A stretch of DNA of 62,805 nt, counting the filler, from Diploschistes diacapsis (Eukaryota): the NCBI GenBank assembly GCA_023645945.1. It is 17 parts of 17 records of this genome, joined end to end, with 100 filler letters (N's around TTAATTAATTAA, not from the genome) between each part and the next. Parts side by side here need not be neighbours in the genome. Positions count along the whole stretch, not along the records: positions 1 to 20,696 come from JALAIB010000331.1; 16 more parts are not named here. One strand, written 5' to 3'. This document shows positions 1 to 14,924 of this stretch, one piece after another (position 1 is the stretch's first letter; the number at the start of each line of letters is the position of its first letter). The notes under the pieces were generated by a model, which was given only the letters and a program-made list of their open reading frames with translations, was not told the origin of the DNA and ran no database searches. Both the position numbers and the translations under genes were made by a program.

Positions 1-192
1 CCCCCATCTAGGAGCCCCCGTGTCGGTAATCGCTCGTATAACCAATATTTTGAGCTGTAAGTGTACAACCTCAGTATAAGCTGTTCAACTGGCCATTGGA
101 TCCTTCACCCATAGATCGAAGAGTAATGAGCAGAGTCAAGATACTGCTGCAAAGTTTAAATTCATTCTACCCTTCTCGCCTCCGTAGCAACA

Positions 193-1695
<1,503 letters not shown>

Positions 1696-3763
1696 AGGAG
1701 GGGGCACCGCAATTGAAAAGTTATCGAACAATTGCCAAGTACTGGCCCGGCGTTAGGATAGCGAAGTCTTAATTGTCGCCATAGTGGGAGGACCCAAGTC
1801 TGACAGAAATAGCGATGGTAGGTTCAAATGTCTGAGCCGATAATCCAGAAGCCACAGAGATCCTCTCGTGGGGATTCCGATGACCTATAGGCGTACTTGT
1901 TAAGATCTTAACAAGCGCTTTACCGAAAGAACAATCTTAGACCAACGGTCCACAACGTGATATTTACCGCCTCCGAGGGCTTTTAGGCACTTTTCGATCC
2001 CCTAACTAGAAAGCTTAGCCGCCCAAATGTCGTCCCTGAGCTGGATGTCGGAGGTAACGAGCATGATGGTGCAGACTAGGAAAGCGCACCCCGCCATAGT
2101 CGTGATCCATTGCTCGTGCGACCCTAGGATGCAGCTCGGTCTCCAATCAGACAGTTGGGGACAGCAAATCAAATGTTAAGCCTACCAGAAGTGCCCTGAT
2201 CCTATCCCAGCGTGTGTACGTTTTCACGCTTCCCGAACCGAGAGCAGTGAAGCGCTTTGATAGAAAGGCCAGCGAATATTCACAGGTAAAGTGTTTGCTG
2301 TACCAATGCCATACCTCCTTGTTCTGTCGAGGCGGAAGTTTAGTGTTGGCAAACAATGCACTACAGAGATACCACCAGTGACTGCCATACATATTCGCTG
2401 CTGCGGAGAGCGGCAAGCGCGGACGTTGAACCTGAATGAAGGTAGTAGGTTTCCTGGCTCATAGCTTCTGAAGCCTATTGTAGGCTTGATCGTGCTTCAG
2501 GTACCGTCCGAAATGGGTCAGAATTGTAGGACTTGACATGGTATACCAGACTGTCGGCCACAGCTTGCAAGATTATCATTGCCTTCGTCCAAGGGTTTTG
2601 TTCCGTAACTCCAATCCTTTGGACATTGGACTTCAAGTTGTTACAAAAGCCAAGGTGGCACCTGCCGCATCAGCTACTAGACGGAGGTTTACGACAGCCA
2701 GCTTCAACAAGCCTACGAGAATGATAAGATGCTCGTCATTATCAAAGAATTGGCGAAAGATGGTGATCGCGAAGGGCTTGCGAGGCGGTTCTTAGACGCA
2801 TAACCAGGCAATACTGTTTTGCACTGAAGAGGGAAGATGCCCGGGGCCTTGACGCCGTCTCCCACGAGGACTACTACGACAAGCTAGTAACCGTCAAAGA
2901 CTCAGGTCCGCTTTTCTGGAAAGATACAAGCAGGAATCATAAGTAGACTGGTGGAGACTGGTTTGCTCATACAAACCGAACTGGCGAGTTCCAAGTATTT
3001 ACATCTTCGCAAGACTACAGATTCATTTTCTCCCAGGCTTCAATTACAAGAGAGAACCAAGAGCCAGGTCGCTCCAGCTCTGGCGCAGATCCCGCAGCCT
3101 CGCAGTGTATCTCGAAGCAGGTGCGGCTTGCGTGTTGGGTTCTTATGAGGAAACGAGCGAAAACACCACATGCGTTTCTCACGCTCTTCAATAGACAATG
3201 ATCCTTCCAGCAAGATAGATTAGCATCGAGGTGTGCAGGATGAGTAAAGTTGTCATACTGAGCTTGGGTTCATAGGAAGTTCGCCCATGGCGGTTGCTGC
3301 CTGCGAACATAATGAGACTGAATGGATATAGGTAGAATTTAGAGAAAGATGGGAAACTCTATTGCATGTTCTGATCCCTACTCGTACTGTTTTCCTTTGG
3401 CCTAACACAATAAAGTTGCTGATCACTCTCCCTACAGGCAAACCATGAGTACTCTTTATGTCACATGAATCTCAAAGTCAACTTGTTGACCACTCAAAGG
3501 CCCCCTGAATGACACCACATTCGCACTCTTAAAGTGTTGTCTTCACATTGAGGAACAGGAAAAATTTCTGCCGACAATGACTTCAAGCACTATACCCCAT
3601 TTTGTTACTTTCATGTTAACACATTGTCATTCATCAATTTTCCCTACCAAGCATTATCCATATAGGACGTTCACGAGCAGGCTCTGCTATTTCTTGTCAA
3701 TAGGCATTTTTTTACTCTGCTAAGCTACTGCGACTGCCCTTGAACAACTTCCCTATTCGGGCG

Positions 3764-5307
3764 ATGAGTATGCTGCACCTAGATCTATCTTCTGCGCCTG
3801 GCAATCATCAGTTACTAACAAGGTCGATTTGAATACAGACCCAATCGACAACAATCATCATGGCCGTAATTTCCTGGCAAGAAGAGCTCCTCCGGTTCAC
3901 CAGCAGAACGAATCACAAGGAGATAGTCCTCTGCGAGCCTCATATCGTTTGCAAAGCCCTCTGTCTCCGGCTTCGAATCCCATTCACAGCTCTGCGGCAC
4001 CAATCTCCACGAGGAATAGTGCCATTTTCCAGCGTCGTCAACGCCGTAGACTAAGCCGACAGGCCGCGAACTCGCAGCAAGTAGAGCCTCTTCGACGTGC
4101 TGCACTTGCGAATGCGAGGCGTACCACATTGACTCGCACTGCCAGTGACTCGTTCAGCTGGATCCAAAGATTCGTTCCATCAGGCACGGAGCTCGAATTC
4201 AGCATCTTCAATGTCCTCCTCGACCGGCCTGAGCTCATGCTTGAAGTCACGAAATGGCTTGACGTCAACGATCTCATCTCCCTCTACGCGATCTCAAAGG
4301 ATTTCCACATCATGATGAACACACAAATGACAACAATGGTCCTTGGCAATGCTCGCAGTCAAGCCCCAGAGTGTGCGGATATCTTCCGTTTCACTTGCTA
4401 CCAGAGCTTGTGCATTTATGATCCAGCTCAGAACAGGAATGAGACGCCAAAAAAGGAACACATGGTTAGAAGTGTACCTGGCCTACGCTGGCTCCGCTTC
4501 ATCCAGTTCCGCGAGCAGACAGTGACATCTATACTCGAAGGTCTCGCAGCCAGAGGTCAGCGTCTACCTCGAATTGCTAGCAAAGTGATCAAGAAGGTCT
4601 GGTTCCTCATGGATATTTCGGACACCCAAAGAAGGATCGCAACGGTACGCAACCCAGATCTCTGGTCGGAGGTCGAGCTCTACATTGCCTGCATGTTCTT
4701 CATGAAGCTTGACATGGCATGCAGCGATCCAGTAGACGGCAATGGCGAAAAAGGACTTCGCCGGTTGCTGCTCGCGCAACGGTCGCTATCTAAACTGGAC
4801 GCGGTGCTCAAACGAGAGGAGCTGTGGGATTTCTATGAGCTGATGCAGATGCATGTCGAGTGGAAGTTGAATCGGGCGCAGATGCCGCCCGGAATGTACG
4901 TCAGCAAAACTGTCTTTGGCGTTTTCCTCAAGGATTGCGGAAGGCTTTCATGCAAAAATTGGAAGCCCAGTCTTATCACACTGATGCGTGTGGATGAGGT
5001 AATTATGAGAGAGTCAGTGAGGAGAGGTCTGAACTTTGACGAGAAGCTCATCGATCTGGTTATTTGGGGGAACATACACCCAGCTACCAGCGAAGATGTT
5101 TTTCCAAAAAATAAACTAGGAGAGATACAGACCACATTTGACCCTGAGACAGAAAGAGAGGCCTTGCAGCAGATGGAGATGCATGCCAGCAACGCGGGAA
5201 CACGTTTCAATTGGGACGGGAAAGATGACGGCGTGCTTGAAGATGAGGAGACAGGCAATGCTATGCTGATTGGTAGTAACCGACCTTCAGATATGGGTTC
5301 AGGGTGA
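3764..5307 (+). CDS. Fungal hypothetical protein with an F-box-like motif; probable 4-nt first exon (ATGA, intron 3768-3838)
   Basis: 492-codon ORF with LLDRPELMLEVTKWLDVNDLISLYAISKDFH resembling an F-box; ATG at 3764 is followed by a GTATGC donor, CTAAC branch site and TACAG acceptor that give an in-frame start. Start is inferred. Confidence 0.7.
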
Positions 5308-6724
5308 GCGCTATCGGATTCGAAAACCTTGTTAGTGAACAAACGAGAAAGTTCTTTGGGGAGAATACCGACAGATCGATGTTCTGCTATAGTCCCCCCT
5401 GTAATAACTTTGATCCGCATCTTCGCAAATAGCCTTGGCAAAATTAGCACGCTAAGCCTAGCACTTTTCACAACGTCACGGTACTTTCTCCGACCTCTTC
5501 TACACCATCTTACGAGCAAATCCCCCTTCTTTTCATCAATAGTAGACTGTCCAAATATGCCAACTTTTGAACACTCGCCACTAATGACATATGGCCGCTA
5601 ATGAAAACTCTAATGGTGGTTTTGACGCCAGGACGTTGGGCTTCAAGTTCGTGCAGTGTGCTTGGGGAGTTAACAAGGAAAAGGTTCATCAGACGCGCAT
5701 TTTGCTCTATCCGAAGCTGCAATGCGGCGCCTCCGAGCCTACTTGGTGTGAGGAGATTGCAGCGATCATTATGTAGTCTTTGACGCCAAAATCTGTTACT
5801 GCAAGCAGTTTGGAGACCCCTTGACGAGGTCGACGGAGATGAGATGAGATAGCGTCCGGTACACAGATCTCCACAACGCATCAACACTTAATGGCTGCAT
5901 CAATGAAAAGAGACGGAACACTGGAATGACTTCTTAGGAGGAAACCTTCACGATACTTTGAGCTTGCCACTATCCTACGATTACCATACTATCAGCTCTC
6001 CCACGCGGTTCTATCAGGCATATAGAGTTCCTGTCGGAATCCTCACCAGAACATATTCATCAGCCTAGGGCTTCAACTACTACGAATCGGACACCAGATC
6101 CCCGTGCAAAGTGCTTCCGCAGCTGATGATAACCTCTACCTTGCGGGCCGTCGTGAAGGCCTTGGCCTGCTGGCCGAGTTCGAGAAGCTATCTATACGCC
6201 AAAAGCTAGTCAAGATCAAGACCGGCATTCGAACTTAGGCTGAGAGAGGTTGCTCGGAATTGCTGGACTGGTCTGTGGTTTTTCTTTTTTTTTGATCTCG
6301 AGTTACTTCCCCCTTTCTACGTAGATAGCGTTCAGGCCCGCAGAGCTCCTCGTAGTAGACTCGATAGTCGTGCTGGCGCCTACTCTGCCTTTCTGCAACA
6401 GCAAGGGGTACTAGGGAAAACGCAAGATCCTGTCCACGGCAAACACGGCTCACCAGTACCCTGGGATATGCCTGAACCATCCCTCCTTGACTGTAAATTT
6501 GTATGCACCAATCTCGCAACTTTGCCTTTGAGACATTCTCTTCCAATCATCTGGCCTGTACAGATTCAGGTAGATACAGAAACGGATTAAAATGACCCTC
6601 AGGCAGAACGCACGGAGAATAGAGTGGCTTTGGCTATGGTTATACAGAATAGGTGAGTTTTCCATCCCTATTTTACGAAGCGCTTAAATCCGCGGAGATA
6701 ATTTGCTTTAGCTTACCCACCGCT

Positions 6725-9700
6725 ATGATCCCTGCTCGACTTGGCAGCATGCTACCGAAGAAAGATAATTCTGAACCCATCCACAACCCTCATCCAAATG
6801 AGCATGCCGGTTACATGGCTGGGTCGCAACGGAGCCCATCTGTGAAAGAGCAGTGGCGAGAAGAAGAGTATAGGTATTATCGCGATAGCAGGACGCACGA
6901 TTCAGGCCGTCGTCGATCTCGCTCGCCGGTAACGTGGAGGCGACGAGAAAGTGGTGAACACGAATACCTTAACGATACTGCAGAAGCTGGGCTCAGAAGC
7001 AAGCGCCACCAAGAGTACCATTACGACGAAAGTAACAGGAATCGCCGCTACTCCTACCGAGGCTTGCAAGAAGTCAACCGAAAGCCTAGACAACCGGACG
7101 AGACCAGTTTCGACAAGCGACCGCGGCCGCGACGTGGTTCTTCTATTCGATCGAATAGGCACCGTAGCATTTCTCCAGACGTTAGGGATTACGATCGTCG
7201 GAAAGAAAGAAGTCCCAGGTATTTTCCAAAAGCAGCCTCGCCCATATCAAGGTATCCAGAGCGTCAACCGTCACGCTCCCCGCGTCGCTCCCATCATTAT
7301 CCACCCGAGGGCTATTACGAACAACTCGACTATCAGCATCATCATTATCAAGAAGAACCACAAGATTCGCACCACCATCACCGCCGCAGCCACCATTATC
7401 ATCGACGACGGTCGCGACCACCTCCAGAATTTGAAAACCATCCTCGAGAGTTCTCGGGCCGGTCCCCGCATTCAGCAGATAAGCACGATCGTCACCACGA
7501 AGACTTGTATTATAGACGACGTGAAGAGCGAGCAAGAGGGCCTTCAAAGGGGCTCGAGCGCTCGCGCTCAAGAAATCGCCGTGATTCATCCGCAACACCT
7601 CAAGAAAAACCATCAAAGTCCTCTAGGCGCTCTGCAAGGCAGAAGGAGCGAACTCTTCGCCATCTGCGGGAAAGAAACCAGGCAAGAGACTTTCTAGAGC
7701 AGCTATCAGTATCTCCAGGAAGAGATAATCCCGAAGAGACCGAGAGGATGCAGCAATCTACACGGCCTATTCAGTCTATATTGGATGAACCATCAAGGGA
7801 ATCGCCACCAAGACCAATTCCTAGCTTTGACGCTGGTAGCACTAACTTCACGCATCCTAGAGAACAACATGCTATGCATGGTGCGAAACCAAATGATATC
7901 CATCCAAATCATCGTCGAGGACCCCCTCATATCGACACCCGTCAACATTATGGGACGTCCCCTCAATACGCTACGCCCGCACCTTCGCATGTTGGTTCTC
8001 CAATTCACTCGGGGTCTCCGTACAGCCAAGGCCGTGGAGGCTGGGGGGGTCAATACTATATGGGCCAGCAAGGGTAAGTTGGACAGTATATGTCAATGTG
8101 CGATGTATCTCAAGATTAATCTCTTCAAGCAGACACGCAAACGCAAACGCTTACTCCCCACCGAGCCGGCCAAATAGCTATCCGCCTCAGAACTCCTCGC
8201 ATGGCCAGTACTATCAGACCAACCAATATCATGGTCCACCACATCAACCACAGCAAGGCTACCAAACCCCGTCCTTTCGTGGGGGTCATGCTAGTATGAG
8301 GGGCAGTCATGCATTCTCGCAAGCTTCAGATCGTCGCTTCTCTGGAGGTCAAGGACCACCTGCGAGTTTCAATGCTCATACCTCATCGCGGGGAAGAGGA
8401 GGCCATTTCCAGAATCTTCAATGGACAGCTAGTGGAGGAACTCGAGGTGGAAGACACTCCGAAACTCACAGTACGACGAGTTCTCATCACGGCCATAGTC
8501 CGGCGATCTCCCAAGCTCCTTCTGTGAAGCAAGATGAGGTGGAGGAGGATAATCCCTTCCGCCCCCCCAAGGATCTTAGAGTTGAAGATCAGGGTTTCAA
8601 AGAGCCGCAGACAACTGATTATGCCAAGACAGAGAATCAGCCAGCGGCTCGTTCTCAGAATGCAGCAGAGGCATCGCCACAGCAGAGCAAGGAACCGAAA
8701 TTTAGTTTTGCTTTCAAAGCCAAACCGGCGCCTGCGCCAGCCGCAAAGCCCCCGGTACCCGACCTCACTCAAAAGATGAAAGATCCTCCGCCACCACTAT
8801 CGCGAAAGGAGAATCCAATGGACAGCGCCAAGATTAAAGCACCCCAAGGACCATCGCATCAACCTCCTCGCGAACCATCCTTCAAACGTGGCGATCGTCG
8901 CCACGAGCCATGGGCCGAGCGCGAACGACGTGATCGAGAGTATGACCATCGATACCGCGATGACCGACGCTACGATAGGGATTACCGCGACGAGCGGCGA
9001 GATCCTCGTTACGACCGCCGGCCGGAGAAGGAGAGGGAAGTCCGTCAAGAGCGAACGCCCGAGTTTAGAATTGTCAAGAAGATAGTGCAGCGTACGAAGC
9101 CCAAGCCTACGTTACCGGAGGAATGGGCCAATTCGGACTCTGTGTATTACAGGAAACCGGGGAACGAATCCGTTGTTGGGTCCGGGACTTATGGTAAAGT
9201 TTTTAAGGCGGTCCACGTCTACACGAAGAACATGGTTGCTCTGAAAAAGATCCGCATGGAAGGGGAAAGGGATGGCTATCCCGTCACGGCCGTGAGAGAG
9301 ATCAAGCTTCTACAATCTCTCAACCATGCAAACATCGTGCAATTGCAGGAAGTAATGGTGGAGAAGAACGACTGCTTCATGGTCTTTGAATATGTCTCCC
9401 ATGATCTCACTGGTCTTCTCAATCACCCTTCTTTCAAGCTACAGCACGCCCATAAAAAAGACTTGGCGAAGCAGCTTTTTGATGGACTTGACTATTTGCA
9501 CCGTCGTGGCGTTCTCCACCGCGACATCAAAGCTGCGAACATACTCGTCAGCAATATGGGTCAACTCAAACTCGCTGACTTTGGACTTGCTCGATTTTAC
9601 GCCAAGCGTCGACAGCTTGACTACACCAATCGTGTTATTACGATATGGTACCGCCCGCCCGAACTTCTGCTTGGTGAGACTCAGTATGGACCCGCCGTTG

Positions 9701-10319
9701 ACATCTGGAGTGCGGCCTGCGTTATGGTAGAGATATTTACGAAACATGCCATCTTCCCAGGAGACGGTCATGAGATCAATCAACTTGAGAAGATCTATAA
9801 TGTTCTTGGCACACCAACAAGGTCCGAATGGCCTGGATTGGTAGAAATGGCATGGTTCGAGCTTCTTCGCCCAACGGAGCGCAAGCCCAATACCTTTTCA
9901 GAAAAGTACAAGGAGCGATTGACCCCAGCCGCGTTTGAATTACTCCAGGCCATGTTCCTTTATGATCCTGCCAAACGGCCGACAGCCGGGGACGTACTCG
10001 AGCACCCGTACTTCACCACGGAGGAACCCGCCCCTGCGCAGGCTATAGAGTGCGTACTTTTCTAAAATTTCCTGCTTCTCTTTGCTAACAGGTCCATAGG
10101 CTCAAGGATCTCCAAGGCGACTGGCACGAATTTGAATCGAAAGCACTCCGCAAGGAAAACGAGCGAAGAGATAAGGAAGCGCGGCACAAGCAGCGGCAAG
10201 AAGAGCATGAGCGTGAGAAGGCTAAGAGGAAGGCCAGTAATGCCACGAATTTGGATGAGAAGGATCGTGACTCGAAGAGGATACGGCCTAGCTCAAGTCA
10301 CGAGCAGAATCTTGGTTGA
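6725..10319 (+). CDS. CTK1: RNA polymerase II CTD kinase subunit alpha (Ctk1/Lsk1, CDK12-like); introns 8074-8132 and 10050-10099; start could be 6725, 6749 or 6815
   Basis: Long R/S/H-rich N-terminus, then GSGTYGKV, GYPVTAVREIKLL, HRDIKAAN, DFGLAR, DYTNRVITIWYRPPELLLG; last exon LKDLQGDWHEFESKALRKE. Confidence 0.93.
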
Positions 10320-11285
10320 GGCTCAAGCAAGGGATTTGTTGTTCAAATAAATGGGAGGAGTGTTCTGGGCATCATGATATCAGGTCGGGGATGGGAAAGG
10401 TTGCATAGCCTGGTGAGGATACGGTACTGATCGTTTAGAATTAGCGACATATAGTTGATTCGAGTTTGCATGCGTCTTTACTGGCACTCGGTTGTAGAAT
10501 AGCGGCATATTAAAAGATCGAGCCGGAGGTGCGCGGCTGCACCTTACCCAGATCTGTTGCTCCGTCCGGTCTGAATTCTTTTCTCCATGTTGTTCTTTAA
10601 AAGCGTTGACTTGCAAACGCTTCACGGGCCTTTGAACCGTCGTATCTTGTAAAGTGGACCGTCTTCTACACCACAGGGCACTTGTGAGGATAAATGGTGC
10701 CTTCTAATCTACGGATGAATAAGGTCGAACAGAAGAAGGCGCTCATCCGGATTAAAATTGAGTTCCTTGCGAAGTAAGTAATCGGGGATAAGATGCGTTA
10801 TATCCGAGGGCAAAACTAGTGCTCACGTAAGCGCTGAACATGAGATGACGTTGTTACCTCACGAAACAAGAACCCAAAACCTCTTCACTTTATATGCGAA
10901 TAATGTCTTTAAACTTCTGTACTTAGGTTTTTATTCAGCGAAACGGAGACTGTCTAGCCCCCCTCATGTTAGTGGTAAGGACGGTAACAGTACCGGACAC
11001 AGTCCAACAACTTCTCGGACTCGGTGGTTCTGCCCCTTTGAAGATGCCGCAACCAATTTGTGAAAGGCGATTGCCTCTCAACTCTTTTCCGACTGGTTTA
11101 GACCTTGCCGCGAACGCCCATTGGCCCACAGTTTCATCCAGACGTGAAGTACATGTAGGCTGTTAACGGTTGCAGTTGGAGCGAGCCCAGGAGCCTACCT
11201 ACAGATGTCGAAAGCCCAGCCACGTGAAGCACATCGACAACAGAGCAAGTATCTTACACAGAAACCACCCGTGAACCCTCCTGCT

Positions 11286-12043
11286 ATGTCCGCCTCGAAA
11301 CCCACCGTCGTCTTCGTTCATCGCTCCTGGCATGATCCGAGCACTTTGGCCCTGTCCGCGGAAGTCTTCCATTCGAATGGTTACGAAACACATTGCCCTG
11401 CATTACCTTCTTGCGGCGGCGGCTTGCCACTTGGATAACCCCCTGCGCGACGATGCAAGAGTCATTCAAAGTGTGGTTGCTGGCTTGATATCACAGGGCC
11501 GCAACGTCATTGTAGCTATGCGTTCCTACGGCGACACGCCGGCACTGAAGCTATCACAAGCTCGCCAAGCCAAGGGGCTCCCGGGTGGCGTTATACATCG
11601 GGTTTATCTCCGTGCTTTCGTCATCCCTTGGGGAGCTTCTTTAGAGGGTGCGCTTGGGGGGAAGCCTGAGCCCTTCGTCTCGGTTCTTGTAAGTAGTACT
11701 AAGCATGCGACACCCGATACTAACTGATTATCATCAGGCAGACGGTTCTTGTACTGTAAACGACCCGGGAATGCTTTTCTATCACGATTTACCCGAGGCA
11801 GAACAGCGTCAATGGATTGCGATGCTCCGACCCCAGCTGAGAAAAACTACAACAACCCCTATACCTAATGTTGCTTATCAACACTACCCTGTTACCTATC
11901 TCTATTGCGAGAATGATCATACAATTCCCCTTGAGCTTCAAAAAAGGATGGTTGAGACGAATGGGCACAATTTCAATACAGAGACGTGCTCCTCTGGCCA
12001 ACCTGAGACGGTGCGGAAGCTACTGCAGAGTATTGCACTGTAG
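11286..12043 (+). pseudogene. Decayed alpha/beta hydrolase (Abhydrolase_6-like); intron 11689-11737
   Basis: KPTVVFVHRSWH (family HGxWH), frameshift near 11420-11440, nucleophile motif MRSYGD (family HSYGG), and TCSSGQP lacking the usual C-terminal GHSP catalytic His. Confidence 0.75.
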
Positions 12044-12807
12044 ATGTGTACAGGTTAAACCCAAACCTATCATATATTATAAATGTGTCATACACTGCAT
12101 ATATGTTATTAACAAAGTTGTTCAAGCCTGATGAAGGCCCCCAGTTACAGAGGCTTGGATAATAGGCTCAGGAGGACCTCATGGGTTATAAGGAGGCAGT
12201 ATAAGTTAGACGGATACACTATGAACATCTCAGAGGGCCCTGGAGGCCCCGGATATATACACATGGTAGCCTGGTGACACCACCTACACCGTTCCCACTT
12301 ACAATATGAGCTGGGTCTCATAAGTTCGAAGCCAAGAAACGCTGCTATATCTACTTGTCCGATAGGTAATGACTCTTCCTTCGGAGATTATTACCAAACT
12401 TGGGAAATCAAGTGCTTTCCGTTGCGCCTATATACGGGTACATTACTGTCTCCCTAGGTTTAGTTCTTCGGAAGGGGTTATCGAACAAGTAGTTGTGGGC
12501 TAGCGGTACGTGGCAGTGCGTGCTCGTCGCTCCTCGGCAAAGATGACGTAGACGCATCCGGGAAACTCGCTTCCATCGAAGCTTCATAATTTGACCAACG
12601 CCTCATGCGCCAACGAGCCCGCGAATGCCAAACTACTACCCATCAACGGCAACACAAACCTTCCTCTTCCTCTCCCTCTTCGTCCTCTGCTTCTTCCCGC
12701 CCATCTTCAACAACCTCGTGCGACTGCCCCTCGCAATCCTGCACTGGCCCTCCTCCCAGCAACCGACCCATACCCCTGCTGCTGCCCCTCCTCCCCCGCC
12801 CCGCACC

Positions 12808-13407
12808 ATGTCCTGGTTCCAAAGAACGCTCACCATGCCCGCCAGGGCGCGCGGCTCCTACCTCGTCACCGACCAGGTAACGTCGCAGCTGCCAGAGATC
12901 AAGAACTACCGGGTCGGCATCCTGCATCTCTTCGTGCAGCACACCAGCTGCGCGCTGAGCATGAACGAGAACTGGGACCCGGATGTCAGGGCCGACATGA
13001 GCGATGCGCTGGACCGGATCGTGCCGGAGGAGGACGACGACGCGGGGAAGGGGCTGTATAGGCACAGCGCGGAGGGATCGGACGACATGCCGGTAAGGAG
13101 AGAGAGAGAGAGAGAGAGCTGTTTTTGGGCTTCTTGTTCACAATGGGCGGGGGCATCGGTCGTGCTAATGGGGGCTCGGTAGGCACATGTCAAGTCCGCG
13201 TTGGTTGGATCGAGCGTCTCGATACCTATCTCGGACGGGCGGCTGGCGACAGGGTAGGTTGTTGTTGTTGTTGCTCCATCGTTTTTTTTCAAGGGTCGGT
13301 TCTGATGAAGCAATCATAGGACGTGGCAGGGTGTCTGGTTGCTGGAGTTCAGAGCGAGCAAGCACTCGAGGCGCATTGTCGCCACGATTCACGGGGAAAG
13401 CAAGTGA
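12808..13407 (+). CDS. YjbQ / UPF0047 secondary thiamine-phosphate synthase family protein; introns 13093-13182 and 13254-13319
   Basis: MSWFQRTLTMPARARGSYLVT, HTSCALSMNENWDPDVRADM, HSAEGSDDMPAHVKSALVG, GRLATGTWQGVWLLEFR after splicing. Confidence 0.92.
13096..13118. repeat. (AG)n microsatellite in YjbQ intron 1
   Basis: Direct reading of the AG dinucleotide run; a short (GTT)n run lies in intron 2 near 13258-13273. Confidence 0.85.
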
Positions 13408-13610
13408 CTCTTTCATTTCGGCCGTTGTCTTGTAAGACTAGTGGTACATTGCATTTACGAAGAAAAACAATGATGATGGATCGTACGATATCCAAGCCGA
13501 CTTCAATCGGCCCAGCATCGTCTGATATCTTATTTGAATTGACTCGAGAGTCGCTCTGGCCATCCTCATTATCATCCGGGGTCTTCCCCATCTGCAATTG
13601 GCGATACTAT

Positions 13611-14924
13611 TCATTGCTCTCCAAGGACGCTCTCTCGAAACTCAAGGGGTTCGATATACCGCTCCAACCACAAGATTTGCCCCTCTTGAGGATCCATAAC
13701 GACAGCGTAATGCGTTTGATCATTACACAGCTCGGATGATCTCTCCAGCCACCTGACGACTGTTTTTTCCGAGACACAGTATCCCTCTCCTTTCCCATCG
13801 ATCTTAACTCGGTCCCGTACCCAAAGTTTATTGATACAATTCCTCCTCATGATGCTAGTTTCGACCAAGTCAAAGGTGCCCGTGACGTTGCCCAAGGTTT
13901 GGTTCTGGCGCCTGTACTCGTCAACAACATCTTGGGGTAGGACCTCTTCCTCGTTCGCTCTATTCTCTTGACGCAGCTTTTCTATTGCCTGCGTCTTCTC
14001 GTCAACATAGTCGTGGTTGACCAGAAATATGAAATCGGAGGACTCCGTAATGCGCGCTTTCTTATGGTCTTTGTCCATGCATACTGTAGTCTTACCGTCC
14101 GAGAAGGTAAGATAGGCAGCAGTAGATCTCTCAGGCTCAAGCCCTCTGGCCAAATCCATCGGCGTCTTCCGCAGATCTGAAGCGTTTTTGGGAAGGAGAC
14201 AATTTCGCAGATGAGATGCTATTCCGCGCCGCATGCCTAACAGAACCATCCATTGCTGGGTGCGAAAGGCGATCCTCTTCCACAACGTACTTCTGTCATG
14301 GTTTGGGCGGAAATTGAGTGATACGCTCAAGCCCTTCCGGAGTCCAGTCAGTACCCCAACATATCCAAAGTACGTAACAGAGGTGGCAACCACCGGCCCA
14401 CCAGCGCGCTCGACGAAATTCAGTTGCACGACGAATTTCCTCAGAGGATCCATTCCCCAGTCCAATGTCCGAAAATGTAGCATTTTCGTATGGCCTGCTT
14501 CGTCTCTAACCCTAGCACCTCCACTTGTGCATCCCATGAAGAGATCCAGTAGTACATTAAACGCGATAAGTAGATAGAGCTCTACTCCAGTAGCTTTGCT
14601 GATCCCTTGTATCTCACGGTGCTCCTCATGGTCGTATAAGCGCCGTAGGAGCAGGCGGGAGATGAAAATAAGTATTGGTTTCGGGATTAGGCGCAATTGA
14701 GAGATGATCTCGTCGAAGAGAGCGGGGAGAGCCTTGATTTCTTCACGGAAGTCGCCCGCGATGTGAGCAAAACGTTGCTCCGGGGGAAGAGAGAGGTCGA
14801 CTATATATTGTGGTGGTCGAAAAGACTCTTTCGTTATGTCGGCTTTGCTATGGACGCTGCTCTCATGAGTAGTCATGCTAGATACAAGGAGTGGATTAAT
14901 TTCTGTAAAGGACAGAGCATTCAA
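13611..14924 (-). CDS. Acid ceramidase / N-acylethanolamine acid amidase-like Ntn hydrolase, intronless; start may be the downstream MTTHESS Met
   Basis: VDLSLPPEQRF, EIQGISKATGV, NVLLDLFMGCTSGG (autoprocessed Cys nucleophile), HFRTLDWGM, GYVGVLTG, LSVSLNFR. Confidence 0.88.
   Translation of the reverse strand: MNALSFTEINPLLVSSMTTHESSVHSKADITKESFRPPQYIVDLSLPPEQRFAHIAGDFREEIKALPALFDEIISQLRLIPKPILIFISRLLLRRLYDHEEHREIQGISKATGVELYLLIAFNVLLDLFMGCTSGGARVRDEAGHTKMLHFRTLDWGMDPLRKFVVQLNFVERAGGPVVATSVTYFGYVGVLTGLRKGLSVSLNFRPNHDRSTLWKRIAFRTQQWMVLLGMRRGIASHLRNCLLPKNASDLRKTPMDLARGLEPERSTAAYLTFSDGKTTVCMDKDHKKARITESSDFIFLVNHDYVDEKTQAIEKLRQENRANEEEVLPQDVVDEYRRQNQTLGNVTGTFDLVETSIMRRNCINKLWVRDRVKIDGKGEGYCVSEKTVVRWLERSSELCNDQTHYAVVMDPQEGQILWLERYIEPLEFRESVLGEQ

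Noticed and set aside
5500..6665. Short minus-strand ORFs between the F-box-like gene and CTK1
   Set aside because: No coherent gene model or recognisable motif.
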